A stretch of DNA of 33,731 nucleotides, taken from an uncultured Lachnospiraceae bacterium. GTDB taxonomy: Bacteria > Bacillota > Clostridia > Lachnospirales > Lachnospiraceae. The notes beneath the pieces were generated by a model. The model was not told the origin of the DNA and did no database searches. It worked only from the letters and a program-made list of their open reading frames with translations. The position numbers and the translations under genes are program-made. Location: positions 1 to 33,731 of the forward strand of contig CAMNBW010000001.1 in NCBI GenBank assembly GCA_946533525.1. The letters run 5' to 3'. This document shows, piece after piece, positions 28,819 to 33,731 of this stretch; position 1 is the first letter of the stretch, and each line of letters starts with the position of its first letter.

Positions 28819-28839
28819 AACAAGCCTCCATTCAACGTC

Positions 28840-29364
28840 TTATTTGTTGTTTAATAATTCAAACTTTCGCCAGTATTTAAACAAAGCCTTCCCGACTATG
28901 CCCTCCCGGGAAAGATATGTATTTTTCCAGTATCGGGAATCGGCGGAATTGTTCCGGTTATCCCCCATCATGAAGAAATGTCCCTCAGGAACCTCGTAAG
29001 GGCCGAAGGTTCCTTCCGTTCTGACCGTCAGATAGGGTTCCTCAAGGATTTCCCCGTTAATATAGACATTCCCGTCGTGAATATCCACGATCTCCCCCGG
29101 CAGGCCTATAACCCTCTTGATAAACAGTACCTCCTCGTTATCGGGATACTTAAAGATTATAATGTCTCCCCTCACCGGATCCGTGCTCTTGTAAGACAGG
29201 CGCGAGCCTATAAGTCTGTCCTTTGCCATTATGGTGGTTTCCATAGACTGGGTCGGCACGGTGGCATTGACTATCAGCACCTCGGTTATAAAAAGGGCTG
29301 CCGCCGCCGCAATTACTACAACCATTACCCATTCAACTATCTCTTTGATTATCTTGTTTGACAT
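28840..29364 (-). CDS. lepB: Signal peptidase I
   Basis: Single N-terminal TM; QSMETT (catalytic Ser), IKRVIGLPG (catalytic Lys) and GDNRNNSADSR motifs. Confidence 0.95.
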   Translation of the reverse strand: MSNKIIKEIVEWVMVVVIAAAAALFITEVLIVNATVPTQSMETTIMAKDRLIGSRLSYKSTDPVRGDIIIFKYPDNEEVLFIKRVIGLPGEIVDIHDGNVYINGEILEEPYLTVRTEGTFGPYEVPEGHFFMMGDNRNNSADSRYWKNTYLSREGIVGKALFKYWRKFELLNNK

Positions 29365-29400
29365 ATCCTCTCCATTTTAAAAAAATTCATGATACCTGTA

Positions 29401-30378
29401 TCAGAAGTATTTCTCTTTAAGCATACCCGTGTATTTTACCGCCCCGGTCCTGTTTAAATGGTTATTATCCCCGAAGCATTCCGCTTCGTACCTGGGGATT
29501 TCCCTGACGACCGTAAATTCCGGATATTTTTTCTCTATCGTCTCCATATATTCCTTAAAGCCCTGTAAATATTCCGGTTTAAGACCGTCGTAGGAGGCCG
29601 GGTTCAAAGGCGCCTGCTCAATGGTGACTTCGATCCCTTCATCCTCGAGCCTCTGTAACAGCCTTTCATAATATTTAGCCGAAATTCCCGAGCTTTTAAA
29701 TTCAGTTTCATGCACCTCGTAGCTGGGCTCATTATTGCTCTCATCCGTCCCGAAAAGGGTAAAGCCCTGCTCCTTACGTACCTGCAGGTAGCGCTCAGTA
29801 TTCTCAGCCCTGCATCCTCCCGGGAAAGCTTCGTACACTGCTGCGAGGTATTTGGAGGGAAACCTCAGCTTATAAGAAATAACATCAGTTATCCAACCCT
29901 TATATGCTACCTTGTCCTCCCCGTACAAGCCCCTGGCCTCTCTGGCCACCTCCAATATCTGCCCTATATCCAGATAATTAAAGTACAGGGTTTGATTGTA
30001 ATTGTCTATATCGTAAAAATGGTAGGGCGCAAAAATCACAAAAGCCGACTTCGGGGCTTCATGCGTCTTTAAATACCTGTCAAGGGCATAGTACATCTCT
30101 ATGGGTGTGGCTCCCCCGATGGCTATATTATAGGTATTTCCGCTTTCGTCCAAATCCAGGGGCAAAACACTGGACTTCGCGCGCGAATCCCCGATAATGA
30201 GGGTTTCATAGCCGCGCCCTTCGTCCCCCTTCCCCGTTACGAACTCCTTCTCCTCCAGCCACATGGGGTATTCAAGGCTCATATAGTCCATGGGTTTTAA
30301 GGCGAGAAAGAGCATCATAAACAGCAGCGGAAGGCCCAGCAATATTAAATTTCTGACCAGTCTGATCTTATCACTCAT
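29401..30378 (-). CDS. Membrane-anchored SGNH/GDSL-fold protein (DltD/AlgJ/PatB-like acyltransferase partner)
   Basis: N-terminal TM anchor; IIGDSR (block I Ser), NIAIGGA (block II) and GDNNHLN (DxxH); immediately downstream of the MBOAT gene. Confidence 0.75.
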   Translation of the reverse strand: MSDKIRLVRNLILLGLPLLFMMLFLALKPMDYMSLEYPMWLEEKEFVTGKGDEGRGYETLIIGDSRAKSSVLPLDLDESGNTYNIAIGGATPIEMYYALDRYLKTHEAPKSAFVIFAPYHFYDIDNYNQTLYFNYLDIGQILEVAREARGLYGEDKVAYKGWITDVISYKLRFPSKYLAAVYEAFPGGCRAENTERYLQVRKEQGFTLFGTDESNNEPSYEVHETEFKSSGISAKYYERLLQRLEDEGIEVTIEQAPLNPASYDGLKPEYLQGFKEYMETIEKKYPEFTVVREIPRYEAECFGDNNHLNRTGAVKYTGMLKEKYF

Positions 30379-30387
30379 CTATAAACT

Positions 30388-31827
30388 CTAAAACTGGAAA
30401 TATATAAATCTCTGGGCACCTATATTGGTACTTAAAAGTATCATAAGTATCATCCCGTAATATGCCCCCCAGCGAAGCGCAGGGTTCAGCCCTGTCAGCA
30501 GCTTTTGAGGCTCCCGCCCCCGCTCTCTCATAAAATCCACTGCAAACAGGATCAGTAACGAGAATAACAGTATCCCGAGATTGATATATCCCAGACCCAT
30601 TTCAAACAGATTTGTCTTAGCAAAGTCCCCGAGGCTAAAGCCCGTAAACACTGTCTTTAAAATATCCGCCGCCTGCGAAATGCTCTTCGCCCTGAAAAAG
30701 ACCAGGGTTATATTAAAGAAGAGCACCGTAAGGAAAACCTGTATTCCGTGGTGCAGAAGGCCCGCCAGCCCTCCCTTAAAGGGGACAAGCTCCATGACCC
30801 GCTCCCTGTATTTTTTCAGGACCTCGCCCATAACCTGGAACAGTCCCGACAAAAAGCCCCATAAAACGTAGGTCCAGGCAGCTCCGTGCCACAGGCCCGA
30901 CAGGGTAAACACTATCAGTATATTAACATATTTCCTTATTTTTCCTTTGCGGCTCCCGCCCAGGGGAATGTAGAGATAATCCTTAAACCAGCTCATAAGG
31001 GACATATGCCACCTTCTCCAAAGCTCTGCGCTGGAGGCAGCAAAAAAGGGCTGGAAAAAATTTTCCCTGAGCTTAAAGCCCATGCACTGCGCGGAACCGA
31101 TCGCAAGCTCCGAATAGCTGGCAAAATCACAATAGATCTGGAGGGCGTAGGCAAAGGTTCCAAGGATTAGCTGCAGCGGATTGGCTTCGGTATGGTTGTC
31201 GTATACCAGGTTGGCTACTATGGAAAGCCTAGAAGCAATGACCAGCTTCAAAAAGAGGCCCCAGCCCATCCTTAAAAGCCCTTCCCGGACATTGGCGTAA
31301 TCGAATTTATGCCTGACCTTAAACTGAGGGAGAAGCTCCCCTGCCCTGGAGATGGGTCCGCTTAAGAGCCCTGGGAAAAAGGCTGTAAAGAGCATTGCCC
31401 GGACGAAATTCTTTTCGGCCCCTATATCTCCCCTGTATACGTCTATTATATATCCGACTGCCTGAAATACATAAAAGGAAATTCCAACCGGCAGCAGGAA
31501 GCTGACCTCAAAATAATTTCCGGTCATCTCGTTAAAGAAGCCGAAGTACTTAAAGAAAAAGAGCAGGATGAGCTCAAGGGAAACAGCCGTAACTACTGTT
31601 ATTTTTCTCGACAGTGCATTCTTGTCCGTTTTTTCAAGAATATTAGTCGAAATATAGCTCACTAAAGAAGCGCCGAACAGTATCCCGCCATAGCGGACAT
31701 CGGCGCTCATATAGAAAAAATAGCTTGATAACAGGAGCCATAGGTTTCCCGCCCCGGTACCGAGGCACAGATAGACGATGGAGACTATCGGGAAAAATAT
31801 GGCGTAAGCGACGGAATTGAAAATCAT
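30388..31827 (-). CDS. MBOAT family O-acyltransferase (AlgI/PatA/DltB-like)
   Basis: LPVGISFYVFQ, SGPI, QIYCDFASYS, WRRWHMSL..YLYIPLGG, SGLWHGA (catalytic His) and C-terminal FIYFQF. Confidence 0.95.
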   Translation of the reverse strand: MIFNSVAYAIFFPIVSIVYLCLGTGAGNLWLLLSSYFFYMSADVRYGGILFGASLVSYISTNILEKTDKNALSRKITVVTAVSLELILLFFFKYFGFFNEMTGNYFEVSFLLPVGISFYVFQAVGYIIDVYRGDIGAEKNFVRAMLFTAFFPGLLSGPISRAGELLPQFKVRHKFDYANVREGLLRMGWGLFLKLVIASRLSIVANLVYDNHTEANPLQLILGTFAYALQIYCDFASYSELAIGSAQCMGFKLRENFFQPFFAASSAELWRRWHMSLMSWFKDYLYIPLGGSRKGKIRKYVNILIVFTLSGLWHGAAWTYVLWGFLSGLFQVMGEVLKKYRERVMELVPFKGGLAGLLHHGIQVFLTVLFFNITLVFFRAKSISQAADILKTVFTGFSLGDFAKTNLFEMGLGYINLGILLFSLLILFAVDFMRERGREPQKLLTGLNPALRWGAYYGMILMILLSTNIGAQRFIYFQF

Positions 31828-31828
31828 C

Positions 31829-32212
31829 CTAATCCTTCTTTTTTAACAGTCCCATTACAGATATGACCACAAGGAAAATACCCACCAGTGCAAACAGTCC
31901 CGCTGCCGCAAGTATAATGGGCTTATCCGCTCCCTCGCCGGTAAAGAGTCCGTAGCTTAAATATACGAGATATCCCCCGCAAAGTATCCTTATAAAATAG
32001 CTGAAGGTAGGGGTAACGTTCTTTGCGCTCTCCTGACTGCCTTCGTCCCCCTCCATAGCCCGGTTCTCTTCCGGCTCTACAGCCCCGTCTTCCTCCGGCC
32101 GGGTTAAAGCTGTGCTTTCAACTGCGCTTTCTTCTGTCTGCCCCGAAGCCATGCTCTCTTCCGCCTGCTCCGGGGTCCTGCTTTCTTCCTGCATATTTTC
32201 CAAAATGATCAC
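31829..32212 (-). CDS. Small hypothetical membrane protein: acidic disordered N-terminus and two C-terminal TM helices
   Basis: Fills the gap between the permease (GTGA overlap) and the MBOAT gene (1-nt gap); its KKKD tail supplies the AAGGA RBS for the MBOAT. Start uncertain (GTG 32212, TTG 32203 or ATG 32194). Confidence 0.7.
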   Translation of the reverse strand: MIILENMQEESRTPEQAEESMASGQTEESAVESTALTRPEEDGAVEPEENRAMEGDEGSQESAKNVTPTFSYFIRILCGGYLVYLSYGLFTGEGADKPIILAAAGLFALVGIFLVVISVMGLLKKKD

Positions 32213-32889
32213 CTTACATCGCTTGCCCGGAAGGCCTGCTCAACCCTCGCAAGCACAAGCGTCAATATCTTAATAACAACAAAATACAGTACCGCCGCTC
32301 CGATAAGGGGCATAAACGCCTCATAGGTCCTCGAGGCTATCTGGTTTGCCGCCCTTGTCAGGTCAGTAAGAGAAACATAACCCACTATGGCCGTCTCCTT
32401 AAGCAGGGTTATAAACTCATTGCCAATCGGAGGGATTATATTTTTCATGGCCTGGGGCAGGACCACGTACCTCATGGTCATGGCCTTGGACATCCCCAGA
32501 GACCTTCCGGCCTCCATCTGCCCGCTGTCAACCGCAAGAATGCCTGCCCTTACTATTTCCGAAACATAGGCCCCGGAATTCAGACCAAAGGAGATAGCCG
32601 CCACGACCACTCCGCTGTTAAAGCTGGCCAGCACTATAAACCACATTATCAATAGCTGCAGCACGCTGGGCGTGCCTCTTATGATGTCCACATATATGGT
32701 GGCTATCAGATTAAGTATGCTTCTTTTCCCGTCTTCGCGCTTGCTGAGCTTCATCAGAGCAAGTATCGTTCCGAGAATGAGTCCTATTATCGCTGCAAAA
32801 AACGCGACCTCTATCGTGACCCCCAACCCCTGGAGATAAAGCTTCCAGCGGTCTTCGGTAATAAAAGCCGCGGTAAACTTATCCCACAA
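32209..32889 (-). CDS. Polar amino acid ABC transporter permease (HisM/GlnP family)
   Basis: IRGTPS.LQL, AYVSEIVRAGI..GQMEAGRSLG (EAA loop) and NEFITLLKETA motifs; TTG start 1 nt after the binding-protein stop. Confidence 0.95.
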   Translation of the reverse strand: MWDKFTAAFITEDRWKLYLQGLGVTIEVAFFAAIIGLILGTILALMKLSKREDGKRSILNLIATIYVDIIRGTPSVLQLLIMWFIVLASFNSGVVVAAISFGLNSGAYVSEIVRAGILAVDSGQMEAGRSLGMSKAMTMRYVVLPQAMKNIIPPIGNEFITLLKETAIVGYVSLTDLTRAANQIASRTYEAFMPLIGAAVLYFVVIKILTLVLARVEQAFRASDVR

Positions 32890-32890
32890 G

Positions 32891-33649
32891 TTACTCTTCC
32901 CCTATATATTTTTTAACCAGTTCATCGTAGGTTCCATCCTTACGAAGCTCTTCAAGTGCAGAATTAACCGCGCTGACAAGCTGTGTATCGCCGTTTGGCA
33001 TCGCTATGGCGTAAGCCTCCTCCTCAAAGCCGAACTGCGCTCCGTCCAGGGCCTTGAGCTCCTCGCTGTGTATGGAGACGAAGGTCTCCGCCGGGTTCTT
33101 ATCGATTATTACGCAGTCAAGCCTGTCGTTTAAAAGATCGTTTACGGCATCAACTCCCTTATTGTATCGGGACACCGTGCTCCCCGCAACCTCAGATGCG
33201 ATGAAGTCACCCGTGGTTCCCATCTGGACGCCTATCCTGCAGTTCTGGAGACTGTCGTAAGAATTTATCTCAGAAGCCACAGGCAGTATTACATACTGCA
33301 CTGCCGTGTAGTAAGAATCCGAAAAATCTACGGTTTTTTCCCTCTCTTCTGTTACCGTCATGCCGGCTATAGCCATATCGATCTTGCTGCCTATGGAAGA
33401 AACCAGAGAGTCAAACTCCATGTTCTGGATCTCCACACTTTTTCCCATCTTTTCTCCAACTGCCTTGATAAGGGCTATATCAAAGCCGTCGGGATCGCCG
33501 CTGTCGTTTACATACTCAAAGGGCGGGAATTCCGCATTCGTTCCCACTATCAGGGTATCCTTCCCGGCAACGGAGCTCTTACTGCCGCAGCCTGTCAGCA
33601 TCCCCGCCGTCAGCATCACACACATACATACAGCCAATAACTTCTTCAT
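32891..33649 (-). CDS. Polar/basic amino acid ABC transporter substrate-binding lipoprotein (SBP family 3)
   Basis: Lipobox LTGC; GTNAEFPPFEY, GFDIAL, AGMTVTEER, DFSDSYY and GVQMGTTG motifs; RBS AAGGAGG. Confidence 0.95.
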   Translation of the reverse strand: MKKLLAVCMCVMLTAGMLTGCGSKSSVAGKDTLIVGTNAEFPPFEYVNDSGDPDGFDIALIKAVGEKMGKSVEIQNMEFDSLVSSIGSKIDMAIAGMTVTEEREKTVDFSDSYYTAVQYVILPVASEINSYDSLQNCRIGVQMGTTGDFIASEVAGSTVSRYNKGVDAVNDLLNDRLDCVIIDKNPAETFVSIHSEELKALDGAQFGFEEEAYAIAMPNGDTQLVSAVNSALEELRKDGTYDELVKKYIGEE

Positions 33650-33724
33650 AACTTTTCCTCCTTAAACCTTTCTTAGTTTTTTAAGTTCTCTGAACACATG
33701 CCCTATAGGCAGGCCAACAACATT

Positions 33725-33730
33725 ATTGTA
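33725..33730 (-). promoter_or_regulatory. Possible -10 element (TACAAT) for the ABC binding-protein operon
   Basis: TACAAT about 75 nt upstream of the ATG; any -35 would lie outside the window. Confidence 0.3.
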
Positions 33731-33731
33731 G

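Noticed and set aside
29401-32212. A canonical dlt operon
   Set aside because: No dltA ligase or dltC carrier is present, the small upstream protein lacks the DltX terminal motif, and the MBOAT is of the longer AlgI/PatA type.

Overview
A 33.7 kb chromosomal segment with Firmicutes/Clostridia-style genes (Lachnospiraceae-like by protein style and AGGAGG RBSs; this is inference). About 27 intact genes plus one 5' fragment, all on the minus strand except one PilZ-domain gene. In transcription order (right to left): polar amino-acid ABC binding protein and permease (no ATPase seen), small acidic membrane protein, MBOAT O-acyltransferase plus SGNH/DltD-like partner, signal peptidase I, class I aminotransferase, hisC, glutamine-dependent nadE, addB-addA, Amidase_3 autolysin, CPBP protease, DUF6106-like protein, guaB, orphan ABC-2-type permease, SEC-C-fused map, asnA, nuclease-fused DinG/XPD-family helicase, GH13 hydrolase, thiamine diphosphokinase, hemZ, the plus-strand PilZ/zinc-ribbon gene, a MocA-like nucleotidyltransferase, a three-subunit xanthine-dehydrogenase-family molybdoenzyme and the start of a further gene. 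I saw no rRNA, tRNA, CRISPR array, transposase, integrase or phage gene. The region is mostly housekeeping. The best leads are the PilZ-acidic linker-C4 zinc ribbon fusion, the MBOAT (C-terminal FIYFQF) plus SGNH envelope-acylation module, the repeat-rich guaB promoter/leader, and the PD-(D/E)xK nuclease-DinG fusion. Novelty cannot be established without database searches.
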